Positions 1 through 10,341 of a stretch of 64,000 bases of DNA are shown here, piece after piece; within the stretch, counting starts at the first letter, position 1, and every line of letters starts with the position of its first letter. Under the pieces are notes generated by a model, which worked only from the letters and a program-made list of their open reading frames with translations, was not told where the DNA came from and made no database searches. The stretch is from a virus, in the IMG/VR virus record IMGVR_UViG_3300042544_003795, positions 1-64,000 of that record, one strand, 5' to 3'. The translations under genes and the position numbers were made by a program.

Positions 1-530
1 TACCTTGTACCCCTTGGGTACCTTGCGCTCCAGTAGCTCCAGTGGCTCCTATAGCACCTTGAACCCCTTGGACACCTTGAACTCCTTGGGTGCCTTGCAC
101 CCCTTGCGTTCCTTGCGCTCCAGTAGCTCCTATAGCTCCTTGAACTCCTTGAGTACCTTGTACCCCTTGGGTACCTTGCGCTCCAGTAGCTCCAGTGGCT
201 CCTATAGCACCTTGAACCCCTTGGACACCTTGAACTCCTTGGGTGCCTTGCACCCCTTGCGTTCCTTGCGCTCCAGTAGCACCTATAGCTCCTTGAACTC
301 CTTGAGTACCTTGTACCCCTTGGGTACCTTGCGCTCCAGTAGCTCCAGTGGCTCCTATAGCACCTTGAACCCCTTGAGTGCCTTGTACTCCTTGGGTACC
401 TTGCGCTCCAGTAGCTCCAGTGGCTCCTATAGCACCTTGAACCCCTTGGACACCCTGAACTCCTTGAGTGCCTTGTACCCCTTGGGTACCTTGTACCCCT
501 TGGATACCTTGAGCTCCAGTAGCTCCAATT
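1..530. repeat. 9-bp collagen codon repeats with a 153-bp higher-order period
   Basis: Block starting TACCTTGTACCCCTTGGG recurs at 1, 154 and 307. Confidence 0.85.
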
Positions 531-1102
531 GCTCCAGTAACTCCTTTAGTACCATTAGATATTTCTTCTATACCCCTCAAAAAAGAAAAAAGAATAGATC
601 CATCAGTAGAAATAGAAATAACATTTCCTATTTTCTGTACAACAGCATCTAAAACATTAGATTTAGAATTATTAAAACTTCCAGCGGAGCCTACATAGAT
701 AGAATCATTTAAACTATATAATGATGTATCTAATCCATTTAAGAGACCGTAAGATAAAATTCTTGAAGATTCTCCCACTTCTATATCAGCAGTAGTTATA
801 CCTATAGCAGGCATATAAGCTGAAATACTTGATTCTGATAAATCAATATTTATAGATCCGTTTTCATTCAGACCTTTAGAATATACTATAGAAAAAGCCG
901 GGATTGTATTCTCGGTATTATTTTCTACATTTAAAATTATACTTCCATCAAAAGAGCCTCTTATAATAGAGGCTGACAATTCATTTCTTAAATCTAAGCT
1001 ATTAAACTGTACATTACTTGAACTTGAAAGATCGAGGGTTTCTCTTGCTGAAAATGCTGTTTCATCATCTAAAAGTGTTGTCGCAAAAGTTGTTATTCTC
1101 AT
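2..1102 (-). CDS. Collagen-like (Gly-X-Y) fibre protein, 3' end runs off the window
   Basis: Not in ORF track (no stop in window). ATG at 1102 ([13 protein letters not shown]...), open into [21 protein letters not shown]... repeats; late motif AGTGTATA at 1118-1125. Confidence 0.85.
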   Translation of the reverse strand, partial: MRITTFATTLLDDETAFSARETLDLSSSSNVQFNSLDLRNELSASIIRGSFDGSIILNVENNTENTIPAFSIVYSKGLNENGSINIDLSESSISAYMPAIGITTADIEVGESSRILSYGLLNGLDTSLYSLNDSIYVGSAGSFNNSKSNVLDAVVQKIGNVISISTDGSILFSFLRGIEEISNGTKGVTGAIGATGAQGIQGVQGTQGVQGTQGVQGVQGVQGAIGATGATGAQGTQGVQGTQGVQGAIGATGATGAQGTQGVQGTQGVQGAIGATGAQGTQGVQGTQGVQGVQGVQGAIGATGATGAQGTQGVQGTQGVQGAIGATGAQGTQGVQGTQGVQGVQGVQGAIGATGATGAQGTQGVQG

Positions 1103-1189
1103 AAACCCTTATCTATTTATACACTAGATTAAAAAAAATCCGCCTGTAAAAAAACAAGCGGACTCTTTAATCTTTTATTTACAATCAAA

Positions 1190-1399
1190 TTATGGAATAA
1201 GATTAGAACTTGTTGTTCCTTGAGGATCAATAGTTCCCGTTAAAGGTTTTTTTGATGATTTAATTGTAGCGGGAGTTTTAGGCTTTTTAGGCACTAAACT
1301 TTGAATACCTTGTATCCCTTGTATCCCTTGTATCCCTTGCACTCCTTGCACTCCTTGCACTCCTTGAATCCCTTGAACTGATGTGATTTTAGTAGGCAT
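1190..1399 (-). CDS. Small protein with short collagen-like GIQ/GVQ repeat
   Basis: [10 protein letters not shown] repeats; AGTGTAT motif upstream (1434-1440). Confidence 0.6.
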   Translation of the reverse strand: MPTKITSVQGIQGVQGVQGVQGIQGIQGIQGIQSLVPKKPKTPATIKSSKKPLTGTIDPQGTTSSNLIP

Positions 1400-1497
1400 A
1401 ATTATAATTATAGATTAGGGTTTATGAGAATGCATACACTTAATTTTTACAATCTTGAAATACTATTCTCAAAAAAGTAAATAATACTACCTATTTA

Positions 1498-2334
1498 CTA
1501 GTTAAGATTTTCGGGTACTCTAAATTTAGAAAGCGAAACATTCCCAACTCCAACTAATATGTTAGGAAATTTTTCATTTACATAATCTAAATCTAAAATT
1601 CTAAATGATGTATCATTTACATGTATTAGATTATCTTGATTTGCATTAGTTTGCATTAATGAATTATAATTCCAATAACCCGATTTTAAATCGTTAAGTT
1701 CATTAAATGGAGTCAAGCTGAGAGATGGGAAAACTCTATCTGACATATCTCTGACAATTTTCTGAACACCCATTAAATGATGTAAATTATCAGCAAATGC
1801 AGCAACCTGAACTGAGAAATTTGTAGACTCCAATCCACCCAATTGAAAAGGTACATTCTCAGTAGAAGTATAAGAAACAAATATACAAGGGGCAATAATC
1901 GAGTCCGCCTTTATCGCACTAGTAGGATCTTTTAAATAAGGGGCATATTCAAACTTGTTTTCTAAAAATATCTTCTGGGTAGATGTAGTTGTAACGTAAA
2001 TATTGAAATCCGGAATGCTTACCGGAATTGATCCCGTAATCGGAACCCCCGAATTAACTAAAACTCTGCCATTTTTAAAATCAATAGAAAGGCCGCTTAC
2101 ACCTCTATTCAATGCTCCAACACCGCTAGGAATATTAGCCCCAGCAATAGAACTATCATAACCCCATTGAGCAAAAGGAGACCCATAAACATCTTTTCCA
2201 GCGAACCTTCTAGCCGGAGTAGTTGCATATAAAGGCACATTGACATTCCTAAACGCCTCTAAATCTTTCAATAATGAGTAGCTAAGGAATTCTTTAAAAC
2301 TCGATATAATATCATGATCTATAATTTTTTTCAT
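1498..2334 (-). CDS. Putative virion neck/tail-completion protein
   Basis: 278 aa, last gene of the abutting post-capsid operon; function from position only. Confidence 0.45.
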   Translation of the reverse strand: MKKIIDHDIISSFKEFLSYSLLKDLEAFRNVNVPLYATTPARRFAGKDVYGSPFAQWGYDSSIAGANIPSGVGALNRGVSGLSIDFKNGRVLVNSGVPITGSIPVSIPDFNIYVTTTSTQKIFLENKFEYAPYLKDPTSAIKADSIIAPCIFVSYTSTENVPFQLGGLESTNFSVQVAAFADNLHHLMGVQKIVRDMSDRVFPSLSLTPFNELNDLKSGYWNYNSLMQTNANQDNLIHVNDTSFRILDLDYVNEKFPNILVGVGNVSLSKFRVPENLN

Positions 2335-2933
2335 TAAGAGGCCAGTTCCTTCGTTAGAATTTTAATAAAATGATTTTTAGTATTTCTAAAAATAGTAGAC
2401 AGATATTTAATTTCGCCTAGATCGCTTCCATTATTTAAAGTATTTTTAGATTGAAAACCTTTTTCTGATCTTCCGTATTCAGATACAAAATAATTAGATA
2501 GTCCGGGAATACCTTTCTCGACTACTTCGGGCCAAGCTCTTCCATCTCCCCATCCATCTAATACTATTCCCCCTGCCGCTAAATCTTTATAGGATGGTCC
2601 TAATAAATTGCCAGAAATTCTACCAGTAGTTCCTTCTTTAGATAAAGTATATTTTAGTCCGTTTGATCCCTTTAAAAAAGTAAGTAATTCGAATACAGGA
2701 TTTCTTGAACTTTTAAATCCCATTAAACCGAAAAGTGTCCCATTCGGATTCGCGAAATAAGAAGACGAAGGTGATTGAGATATAAGTTCTACTGAAAGAG
2801 GATGACTTAAAACTTGCTTCTCCATATATGACAATGAATTTCTATAAGCTTTTTCCATAGCTTGTTTTACTTTCTTATTCACTACTTTTCTATAATTCCC
2901 TTTTGCAGTTTTTAAAAAGTTCTTTTTAGCCAT
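2334..2933 (-). CDS. Putative neck/tail-completion protein
   Basis: Basic 199 aa, stop/start overlap with neighbours, post-capsid position. Confidence 0.45.
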   Translation of the reverse strand: MAKKNFLKTAKGNYRKVVNKKVKQAMEKAYRNSLSYMEKQVLSHPLSVELISQSPSSSYFANPNGTLFGLMGFKSSRNPVFELLTFLKGSNGLKYTLSKEGTTGRISGNLLGPSYKDLAAGGIVLDGWGDGRAWPEVVEKGIPGLSNYFVSEYGRSEKGFQSKNTLNNGSDLGEIKYLSTIFRNTKNHFIKILTKELAS

Positions 2934-3397
2934 TAGTTTACCTTTTTTAAATCAACTTGATACAAATTAAATGTTCCTAAAACGCCTATCTTTCTGATAT
3001 CAGATATTCTTGTGTAATTGTCGCCCATAAAAGTAAACCTCACACAATCTTTCAAATATAAATAAGCATCTTCTTCGAATCTTATTTTCAATAATCCTAA
3101 ATCTTGTTCTCCTTTGACTTGTATATTCGACCCACCTCCTATAAAACTAGAATAAGAATCTCCAGCTTTAGGATATATAACTACACAATAGAAATCTGTA
3201 TATTGTTGAGTTAATTCTACATTAGGATTACTATATTCTTGTAAATCAGAATTAAAATCAACATCAAAAACAACCACCTCTTCTACAGATGGTTTATAAA
3301 ATCTAAGAGGAGTATCTCTTTTGAAAGTATCAAAAATATCTTTAAGAGCCCCTTGTATTTCTGCTTGATATTCACTTAGAAGGTTCATTATTTCCAA
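2933..3397 (-). CDS. Putative head-closure (stopper) protein
   Basis: 154 aa beta-rich protein following the adaptor-like gene; positional inference. Confidence 0.45.
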   Translation of the reverse strand: MEIMNLLSEYQAEIQGALKDIFDTFKRDTPLRFYKPSVEEVVVFDVDFNSDLQEYSNPNVELTQQYTDFYCVVIYPKAGDSYSSFIGGGSNIQVKGEQDLGLLKIRFEEDAYLYLKDCVRFTFMGDNYTRISDIRKIGVLGTFNLYQVDLKKVN

Positions 3398-3906
3398 ATA
3401 AAGTTGATATCACCTATCCATGCCGGAGGAGGAAGAAGATCGAAATTAGCTCCACCAAATCTTTCTCCGTATAGGACTTGACTAGAAAATATATTTGTGC
3501 TTTTAGAGTTGTTGTACCACTCTGTTAATTTATCTAAATTTTCGCGGCAGTCTTTAGACAAAGTTCTAAAGGTTTTGGCCACCTCATTCTTAGAGACTCG
3601 CCTAATCGAACCCTGCTCATCTCCATTTATCTCTGTCCAGTCATAACTCGCGGCACCTAAATTTTTACCAGCTTGTTTATTGTAATAATAACAATAATAC
3701 ATTTCAGTATAAATGCCTGAAACATTTTGGGACATATCAGGAATAACACAATCTCCACTTAAAGTAAAAGCCTCTCCTAATCTTAAATTTAATTGTCCTA
3801 AATTGGTTTTTAACCAAGTAGATACAGATCCTGTCGGAGTAGTTGTATCCCCAAGCGAGTCAAGAATTAAACCCGCCCAATAATATTGTTCTCCAGAGCA
3901 TAACAT
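3388..3906 (-). CDS. Putative head-tail adaptor protein
   Basis: 172 aa downstream of the capsid gene; late motif 8 nt before ATG. Confidence 0.45.
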   Translation of the reverse strand: MLCSGEQYYWAGLILDSLGDTTTPTGSVSTWLKTNLGQLNLRLGEAFTLSGDCVIPDMSQNVSGIYTEMYYCYYYNKQAGKNLGAASYDWTEINGDEQGSIRRVSKNEVAKTFRTLSKDCRENLDKLTEWYNNSKSTNIFSSQVLYGERFGGANFDLLPPPAWIGDINFIWK

Positions 3907-3925
3907 ATAATGTTATACACTTCTT

Positions 3926-4288
3926 TTAACTCAAGGTGCGCAAAAAACCTGCCCGCTCTAAGCTCTTTTTCCTTTGCAATTCCATAGTTTCTATCTGTTC
4001 AGCCGTGAACTTTCTGGAAGCCTTAGATGCTTTTCTTTTTGACATAACAGTTTTAAATTGGTTGACAAGAACAGCTTCTAATCTTCTTCTGTCGGGGGAA
4101 GGCTTAATACCTTTATCCATAGCATGAGTTTGAAGATCTCCTAGATTCATTTTGGAAATAGTAGAAGCATAAACTTTTACATCTTCTGTTGGATATTCAA
4201 ATTCTGATTTTGATCTTAAAAAATCGAAAATAGATGGATTTCTACCATTTTCTCCATGTGCTATATTTTTCATTTCTTCTTCTTTCAT
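3926..4288 (-). CDS. Hypothetical late protein
   Basis: 120 aa ORF; GGTGTAT-N8-ATG upstream. Confidence 0.7.
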   Translation of the reverse strand: MKEEEMKNIAHGENGRNPSIFDFLRSKSEFEYPTEDVKVYASTISKMNLGDLQTHAMDKGIKPSPDRRRLEAVLVNQFKTVMSKRKASKASRKFTAEQIETMELQRKKSLERAGFLRTLS

Positions 4289-4350
4289 AACTTGACATAC
4301 ACCTAAAAAACGTAAATGGATTTTTTTTTAAAAAAAAGAAGATAAACGCA

Positions 4351-4386
4351 AAAAAAACGCAAGCCCAATTGGACTTGCGTTTCTTT
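4351..4386 (-). terminator. Rho-independent terminator after the major capsid gene
   Basis: AAACGCAAG...CTTGCGTTT hairpin with a T-run on the minus strand. Confidence 0.7.
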
Positions 4387-4402
4387 AATTACTTATTTCT
4401 TA

Positions 4403-5509
4403 TTACAAGACGAGACCGACGATTGCTTTCGAATCAGTGGCGATACGACCTTCTCTACGCTGAGCATAGAAGCCGAGTTTTTCACTTCTGCGAACCCACT
4501 GGTCATCTGGCTCAACAACTGTTTCGCTACCTACTTCAGCGTCGCTTTCGACGATTTTAAGGAAGGCAGGAACTGAGAGGTCAAGACCGATGGCGAGTTG
4601 TTGTGTAGCAGCTGCGAAGGTGACTTCGGAACCAACAGCAGTGTAATAATCATCAAAGAGATAAGAGTAAGGCTGGCCGACTCCCATTTCATTTAGAGTG
4701 ATTAGATTGACACCGAACAACTGTGAGATACCTCCATTACGATAAATTTCTTCACGTAAGCTGTCAGGAGCTCCTAGAGCTGTGCTTTCATCACTATTAG
4801 GGAAAGCAGCAGTGTTTTGAGGATTGTAACTCATAGCACGAATATCACCTTCAACTTCAGGAGAAATGATAAGGTGAGTTAGACCACGGCCCGGAGCCGA
4901 GACAGGAGTACCACCTGACCAAGATGTCCGCAAACGCTTAACTTTAGTCCATAGAGTATTCAAGTCAGCGAGTTTAAATGTACCAGTAGTGCTACCGTCA
5001 TAAAGCTGAGATGTTCCGACTGAACGTGAATTAGCAAGGGAAGCAAGAAGAGTGGCCCAGTTCAAGTATTCGCTCTTAGCGAGAATTTCTTGGGTCATTC
5101 TTTTGATCATTGCGGTCATTACATCGAGACGAGCACTCTGAGCATACTGCTTTAGGCAGGAAACAGCAGAGGTGAGTGAATCGACGGTGAAACGGAAGTC
5201 ATCCATACCACTCACGTGATTTGTAGCTAAACCGCCAGCTATTGTTTCAGACCATACAGTCAAAAGACCTTCTGTATTCTGTTCGAAAAGATCGAGAGGA
5301 ATAGAAGGATTGGTTCCTGAATCATAAGTGAACTTTTGATAAACAAGATTGGAAGTAGCAGTTTGATCTAGAACTTGGTCGATGGTAGGACCAACGAAAG
5401 CTGCAAAGACTTCCTGTGCGAGCCATGACTCTTCTTTATTGCGTGAGCCCATGGCTTGCAAAATTTCACGAGTCTTAGCTTGTTCTTCTTTAGATAGATT
5501 AAGTTTCAT
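4403..5509 (-). CDS. Major capsid protein (HK97-fold, putative)
   Basis: 368 aa, raised GC/high-expression codon use, follows protease/scaffold and decoration-like genes, C-terminal GFYA..REG...D..AIV pattern. Confidence 0.8.
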   Translation of the reverse strand: MKLNLSKEEQAKTREILQAMGSRNKEESWLAQEVFAAFVGPTIDQVLDQTATSNLVYQKFTYDSGTNPSIPLDLFEQNTEGLLTVWSETIAGGLATNHVSGMDDFRFTVDSLTSAVSCLKQYAQSARLDVMTAMIKRMTQEILAKSEYLNWATLLASLANSRSVGTSQLYDGSTTGTFKLADLNTLWTKVKRLRTSWSGGTPVSAPGRGLTHLIISPEVEGDIRAMSYNPQNTAAFPNSDESTALGAPDSLREEIYRNGGISQLFGVNLITLNEMGVGQPYSYLFDDYYTAVGSEVTFAAATQQLAIGLDLSVPAFLKIVESDAEVGSETVVEPDDQWVRRSEKLGFYAQRREGRIATDSKAIVGLVL

Positions 5510-5532
5510 TTTAAATTAAATTATATATAGGG

Positions 5533-6117
5533 TTAGAGTTCGACCTTGAATAGAGCGTAACCATCATAATCAGCAGCGCTCAAGAAACGACCAAAAGATG
5601 TTCCTTTGCTATAAACGCCGACAACTCCAGAACCATTAAGGCAATTGTTAATTCCTGAACCAGCAGCAGCAGTTCCAGTAAAACCCTTCAAGGCGATTAG
5701 GCCACGGGCTAGAATTGGAAGAGCTTCACCAGATACGACGACTTCTTGTTCAATCCGCTCGTACTTAGGACGTGATAGGAAAGACTCACCGTAAGCATTG
5801 TTTTCACGAACATCGTAAAGAGCAACGCCAAGAGGAACAGTACCAGATGGAGCAGCTTGAACTTTCCACTTGACCTCAGAACGATAAGAAGTTACACGAG
5901 AAGGACCGTTGCCATAAGCTGGTCCAGCGCCGAGTAGAGGGGTTGGCGGACGATTAGCGTTTTGAATGACATTCAAGTTGCCACTTGCACCCGCAACGAT
6001 AGAAACGAAAGTACCCTTATTTAAGGATGCTACGTTCGCAGAGAAGAAACCATTATAAACCTCATGTTCGTCATAATCACGATATGGTTTAATATTTGGG
6101 GACTGAGTTATATTCAT
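5533..6117 (-). CDS. Putative capsid decoration/cement protein
   Basis: 194 aa Gly/Ala-rich, between scaffold and capsid genes. Confidence 0.55.
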   Translation of the reverse strand: MNITQSPNIKPYRDYDEHEVYNGFFSANVASLNKGTFVSIVAGASGNLNVIQNANRPPTPLLGAGPAYGNGPSRVTSYRSEVKWKVQAAPSGTVPLGVALYDVRENNAYGESFLSRPKYERIEQEVVVSGEALPILARGLIALKGFTGTAAAGSGINNCLNGSGVVGVYSKGTSFGRFLSAADYDGYALFKVEL

Positions 6118-6130
6118 GTGTTATAAATTA

Positions 6131-6661
6131 TTATAGTTTGATTTTGATTGAAGACAAAGCTTGTTTCCAGCTTTCGATTTTATTTCCTTTTTCGTCTTGA
6201 GAATTCGGAACAGCCGGATTAATAGCTGAGGCCTCGACCTCTAGAACAGAAACACTCGATTTCGACTTAAATAATGGCTTCATATCTTCGAGCCATTCGC
6301 TAAAGTCTTCATCTGATAAACCGAAAATGCGCTTTGCGATTGTTTTAGATGCGGCTGCATCTAGTTCAAATTGCTCCTTGAGAGACTCAATTCTTTCGCT
6401 AAATTTAGCTTGATCTTCTTGAGCTTTCAAAGAGGCTTTGAGTTCAGAAACTTCACTGCGAAGCTTTTCTGATTCTTCTTGGAAATTTTCAATATTGGCT
6501 AAAGCATCCTGAAGAGCTTGCTCTTTTTCTGCTTTTTCATTTTTAAGAGCAACGAATTGATCGTTGGACTTTTCGACTTGAGAAACGACAAAATCTCTCA
6601 CATCCGAAGCAGCTGCTTCGTGAAGATGGTCGATCAATTCATCTAGATTATTATACTTCAT
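6131..6661 (-). CDS. Nested in-frame scaffold protein (internal start MKYNNLDEL...)
   Basis: CGTGTAA at 6676-6670 lies exactly 8 nt before the in-frame ATG at 6661. Confidence 0.6.
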   Translation of the reverse strand: MKYNNLDELIDHLHEAAASDVRDFVVSQVEKSNDQFVALKNEKAEKEQALQDALANIENFQEESEKLRSEVSELKASLKAQEDQAKFSERIESLKEQFELDAAASKTIAKRIFGLSDEDFSEWLEDMKPLFKSKSSVSVLEVEASAINPAVPNSQDEKGNKIESWKQALSSIKIKL

Positions 6662-7570
6662 ATGTACAATTACACGTTTTTTGTTATTTGGTGAAATTTT
6701 ATCAGAAATTATATCAGAAATACTAGATTCAACCTCTTCTACATCCTTTTCTTCTTCTTCTAATTCTTCCATTTCATGTTCCGAATCTTCTTCTGGTTCC
6801 TCTTCCTTATCTTCTTCTTTTTCTTGGAAATCTTGGTAGTCCATAGAAAGAACTCCCTTAACAGCCGCAGCTGGATTTGTAGTGAAGGCACAACCTAGAA
6901 AACGACAGTCGTCTCCTATAATTCTATAAACTTCTTCTCCAGTGGGAATGAAACCTGTTCCTCCCATTGAAACTAAGTATTTTGAATACTCTTCTACAGA
7001 AGCTTCGTCTTCTATTATTCTGGCTTTTCTTAAGTCTTTACTGCCCACAGCGAGCTTATAAGTATTAAAGCCAACTTCCCAACTTGTAGAGACAGTCTTG
7101 TAAGATTCGCTGTCTTCATCTTGAGATTCCATAATGAATCTTGCAAATGTTTTGTTAGATATCTTCCAAACAATAGCAGCCAAAGATATGTTAAAGGGAT
7201 CATTATTTAATTCTTGTTCAGTTAAAGTTTTGTTTTCACCAAAAGTCGAAAAGCCGTAATTAGTGATAACCCCTACTATGTCTTCCCTAGAATGTTCAAT
7301 ATTCATGGGTTTCAATTTAATGGATTGTACTAAAATTTTAGCGCCCTCAGTTGTAATACCATCCCCATTTAAATTTATAGAATTTACAACAGCCGCATTA
7401 AAGCATGTGTACAAAAGATCTGGATTATTTTTTATAATCTCCGATTCTGGCAATAAAGATTTTAAATCATCTAACCCCATGTTGGCTTCACTTACATAAG
7501 CTCCATTCAATAAATCTTTCTTCCTAAAATCCGCCTTTACTTCAAATCTCGAAATATACTTGTACTCCAT
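6131..7570 (-). CDS. Prohead protease-scaffold fusion
   Basis: N..N.NGDGI, KPMNIEH, STSWEVGF and GCAFTTNPAA protease-like motifs; acidic linker; coiled-coil C-terminal half. Confidence 0.75.
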   Translation of the reverse strand: MEYKYISRFEVKADFRKKDLLNGAYVSEANMGLDDLKSLLPESEIIKNNPDLLYTCFNAAVVNSINLNGDGITTEGAKILVQSIKLKPMNIEHSREDIVGVITNYGFSTFGENKTLTEQELNNDPFNISLAAIVWKISNKTFARFIMESQDEDSESYKTVSTSWEVGFNTYKLAVGSKDLRKARIIEDEASVEEYSKYLVSMGGTGFIPTGEEVYRIIGDDCRFLGCAFTTNPAAAVKGVLSMDYQDFQEKEEDKEEEPEEDSEHEMEELEEEEKDVEEVESSISDIISDKISPNNKKRVIVHMKYNNLDELIDHLHEAAASDVRDFVVSQVEKSNDQFVALKNEKAEKEQALQDALANIENFQEESEKLRSEVSELKASLKAQEDQAKFSERIESLKEQFELDAAASKTIAKRIFGLSDEDFSEWLEDMKPLFKSKSSVSVLEVEASAINPAVPNSQDEKGNKIESWKQALSSIKIKL

Positions 7571-7592
7571 AGATGTATTTTACACTCAAAAA

Positions 7593-8414
7593 CTAGGAAA
7601 CGAAAAATTTTAATAAGTTTTCAGAAGATAGGAAGCCTTGGGTCTTCAGAGTTCCTCTACCAAACTTGTTAAATTTCCTGATATAAATACCATCTCCAGC
7701 TCTTTGAAGATTTTGATTTGTAGTTTCTCCAGACGATGTATTCCCTTCTAAAGTGACAAGCATATCGCCCTTTATATCAAGAACTATGCCTGTATGCCCA
7801 GAATCTGTTTCTCCAAATTTAGCCAACCATATGCTGCCTAAAGACGGTGTTATAGATAAAATGTTTTTAGACTTAAGTAGTCTAACATTAGTCATTACAT
7901 GGGCGGTCCAGTTGTTTATAAATTTTGAAGAAGATAATTTGCAATCTTGAAGAGCCATTATAACAAAAGCCCCGACTGCGGCAGAACAATATGGCGCTCC
8001 GGGTGTCCAACCTTCTATTTCTCTCATGTAAGAAGATAATTTTAAAGACTGTTCTTTTTGTATACCCTTTATATCAGGATCATCCCATTCAGAGTTAGGT
8101 TTTATCTCAACTAAACCCTCAAACTCTTGAGATCTTTTTAATAGATTTATTATAAATTCATTAGTTAATGAGCGGTCAACAGTTGCACCTCTTTCTTCAG
8201 AAAAAGAAAAGCTATCTTTTAAAAGAGAGTCAATTGTTTTCTTTCCTATTATTCCATCTGCTTGTAGTCCTTTTAATTTTTGATATTCTATAATATATTT
8301 CTGAGTTTCAGTGGAAAACTCCCCATTAGTAGATTTTATAGGATACCCAATTCTTTTTAAAAAAAGTTGAATAAGTCTAACTTCATTTCCCGAGGACCCT
8401 AATTTTAATAACAT
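7593..8414 (-). CDS. Endolysin: peptidoglycan-binding domain plus CHAP-like amidase
   Basis: LKLGSSG.EV..IQ..L...ADGIIG..T; PYCSAAV, GHTGIV and TLEGNT motifs. Confidence 0.85.
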   Translation of the reverse strand: MLLKLGSSGNEVRLIQLFLKRIGYPIKSTNGEFSTETQKYIIEYQKLKGLQADGIIGKKTIDSLLKDSFSFSEERGATVDRSLTNEFIINLLKRSQEFEGLVEIKPNSEWDDPDIKGIQKEQSLKLSSYMREIEGWTPGAPYCSAAVGAFVIMALQDCKLSSSKFINNWTAHVMTNVRLLKSKNILSITPSLGSIWLAKFGETDSGHTGIVLDIKGDMLVTLEGNTSSGETTNQNLQRAGDGIYIRKFNKFGRGTLKTQGFLSSENLLKFFVS

Positions 8415-8415
8415 A

Positions 8416-8754
8416 TTATTGTTTGTTTATTCTAGAAAGTTCCATAAATATAGCCATATATTCAGGAGTTAAAATAAAGTTTTTTTCATAAGGCATTAAT
8501 CCTTCTGAAATTTTAACAGCTGGAACAATTTTATTTCCAAACCTCTCTGTTAATAAAGAGTATCTTTGCGCTGCGGCTGGAGTTATTAAAAAACCAACAT
8601 TATCAATATATGTAATCAAGCCCGAGTTCTGAGATTGATTATCCCAGCTGGCTTGAGATTCTTTTATAGGGGGAGGAACTATAGTAACCGATTCGTCTTT
8701 AATTTTGCAGGAACTCAAAATTAGAGTCATTAAAATAAAATTTAAAGTTTTCAT
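8416..8754 (-). CDS. Lipoprotein (o-spanin-like candidate)
   Basis: Signal peptide with LSSC lipobox, Pro-rich, adjacent to endolysin. Confidence 0.55.
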   Translation of the reverse strand: MKTLNFILMTLILSSCKIKDESVTIVPPPIKESQASWDNQSQNSGLITYIDNVGFLITPAAAQRYSLLTERFGNKIVPAVKISEGLMPYEKNFILTPEYMAIFMELSRINKQ

Positions 8755-9005
8755 TTAGCTATTATTTTTCTGATTTCTTCTAAACTCATCTCTCTTTGAG
8801 CTCCAGCTGTATTAACTACGTCTGCAATAAGTTTTTCATCTTTATCTTTTTCGTTTACTTCCTGTTGATTAACTTCTCTTTCTTGAAAAACTTCTTTATT
8901 TTTTATTTCTATTTCCTGTTTTTTTACCTCTTTGTGGATACGGAAAATAGATAATAATTCAGATATTGCTTTGAATATATATTCCATAATTTTTTTCCAG
9001 TTCAT
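8751..9005 (-). CDS. Small coiled-coil protein (i-spanin-like candidate)
   Basis: Amphipathic N-terminus then charged coiled coil; in lysis cassette. Confidence 0.4.
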   Translation of the reverse strand: MNWKKIMEYIFKAISELLSIFRIHKEVKKQEIEIKNKEVFQEREVNQQEVNEKDKDEKLIADVVNTAGAQREMSLEEIRKIIAK

Positions 9006-9463
9006 TCTATTAAGTATTTGTTAGAGGCTATTTTGCAACCAGCCGAGATTTTATTTAATGCTGTAAGTAAAATTCTAGCTTTCGTATTGGCTTCTAATTG
9101 ATTAGTTTGACTATAAAAATCTGCGTACAAAAGAATTATATTCACGGCAAAATCATTCAAAGAAGAACCCTCGGGAACATATCTCGATATAATAGCTGCA
9201 AATGATTCTGGTGTAATATCATCTTCGACTGTAAGATTCTCTATTGTAAAAGATATATCATAAATAACTCGGGCAATTTTAGCTCTTGTTTCTTCAGATT
9301 TTTCTTGAGCTAAAACAACTGATGTGATATAGCTAGAAGAAGATTTCAAATAGACAGAAGACCTAGATAGGTTATTATAAAAATCTGTTTGGTTTAAAGA
9401 TGAGCAGCTAGAGCTAAAAAAAGCTACAAACAAACAAAGAAGTATTACTCTAAAATTTTTCAT
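9002..9463 (-). CDS. Lipoprotein, lysis cassette
   Basis: Hydrophobic signal with SSSC lipobox-like site. Confidence 0.6.
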   Translation of the reverse strand: MKNFRVILLCLFVAFFSSSCSSLNQTDFYNNLSRSSVYLKSSSSYITSVVLAQEKSEETRAKIARVIYDISFTIENLTVEDDITPESFAAIISRYVPEGSSLNDFAVNIILLYADFYSQTNQLEANTKARILLTALNKISAGCKIASNKYLIE

Positions 9464-9722
9464 ATTTAATTTTTTCTATTTCCTTCTCTAATGACTTTGC
9501 TGTTTTTTCTGATTCTTTTACATCTCTACTATTGCGACCTATTTGAATCATTCCAACGCCGATCAAGAATGCTAATAATTGTCTTATAGTATTCTCCCAA
9601 TATTCGGGTAATGGATCTAAAATTTCAGGATAGAAAGCTAAAAAAGAACATATACCGGAAACTAATCCGGCTAACGAAGTCCTCCAACTAGATCCTAAAA
9701 GTTTTTCCATTAAGGTTTGCAT
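9450..9722 (-). CDS. Putative holin (2 TM, charged C-terminus)
   Basis: SWRTSLAG N-terminal motif, two hydrophobic helices; start moved to ATG 9722 because AGTGTAA lies 8 nt upstream. Confidence 0.6.
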   Translation of the reverse strand: MQTLMEKLLGSSWRTSLAGLVSGICSFLAFYPEILDPLPEYWENTIRQLLAFLIGVGMIQIGRNSRDVKESEKTAKSLEKEIEKIKYEKF

Positions 9723-9738
9723 AATTACAATTACACTG

Positions 9739-10341
9739 CTATGAAAACAAAATGCCAAAAAATTTTTCTATAGAACCGTCTATGTTTTTTATAGGCCAAG
9801 CTACTATAGAGATATCTTTATTGTCACTGTTGCTCAAAATTGCATTAAAATGGAATTCCCTTTTTTGTTCCATGCAAGATAACCATTCTTCTTTAGCTTC
9901 TTTTCTCATTTCCTTATTAATTATACCTAACCATCCATCTCCTATAGCTTGATCTAAATTAAACTCTGTAATATCTGTCCATTTTTTACTAACAAAAGTA
10001 TATTCTCCTTTGTTACTAGTTTCAAAATAAGCAACTCCCAAGCAGGAAGATATTAGTCTTATTTTCTGTTCTGTATGGATTAAACTATTTTCCATCCTAT
10101 TTAAAACGTCTCTTAAAGAACTTCCTCCGTTAGGTTTGAATTCAGAAGTAACTCTTTTAAGCTCTGGTATTAAATCTAAAAATTCAGTAACAGACTTGTT
10201 CGCTGCTTTTATGCTTTTATAAAAACTTTTTAAGAATTTGAAAAGTCCAAAAATAAAAACAGATATACCAAGCAATGCAGCTATAACTTCTTCCCAATGA
10301 ACAAGACTATTATCGAAGTTTTCAAAAAAAGATAGAAACAT
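9739..10341 (-). CDS. Membrane protein with C-terminal PAS domain
   Basis: One TM, NGGSSLRD motif, FET...G...FVS.KW..IT......IG.GW PAS pattern. Confidence 0.7.
   Translation of the reverse strand: MFLSFFENFDNSLVHWEEVIAALLGISVFIFGLFKFLKSFYKSIKAANKSVTEFLDLIPELKRVTSEFKPNGGSSLRDVLNRMENSLIHTEQKIRLISSCLGVAYFETSNKGEYTFVSKKWTDITEFNLDQAIGDGWLGIINKEMRKEAKEEWLSCMEQKREFHFNAILSNSDNKDISIVAWPIKNIDGSIEKFFGILFS

Noticed and set aside
5-652. 215-aa Ser/Leu-rich plus-strand ORF
   Set aside because: Antisense shadow of the collagen gene
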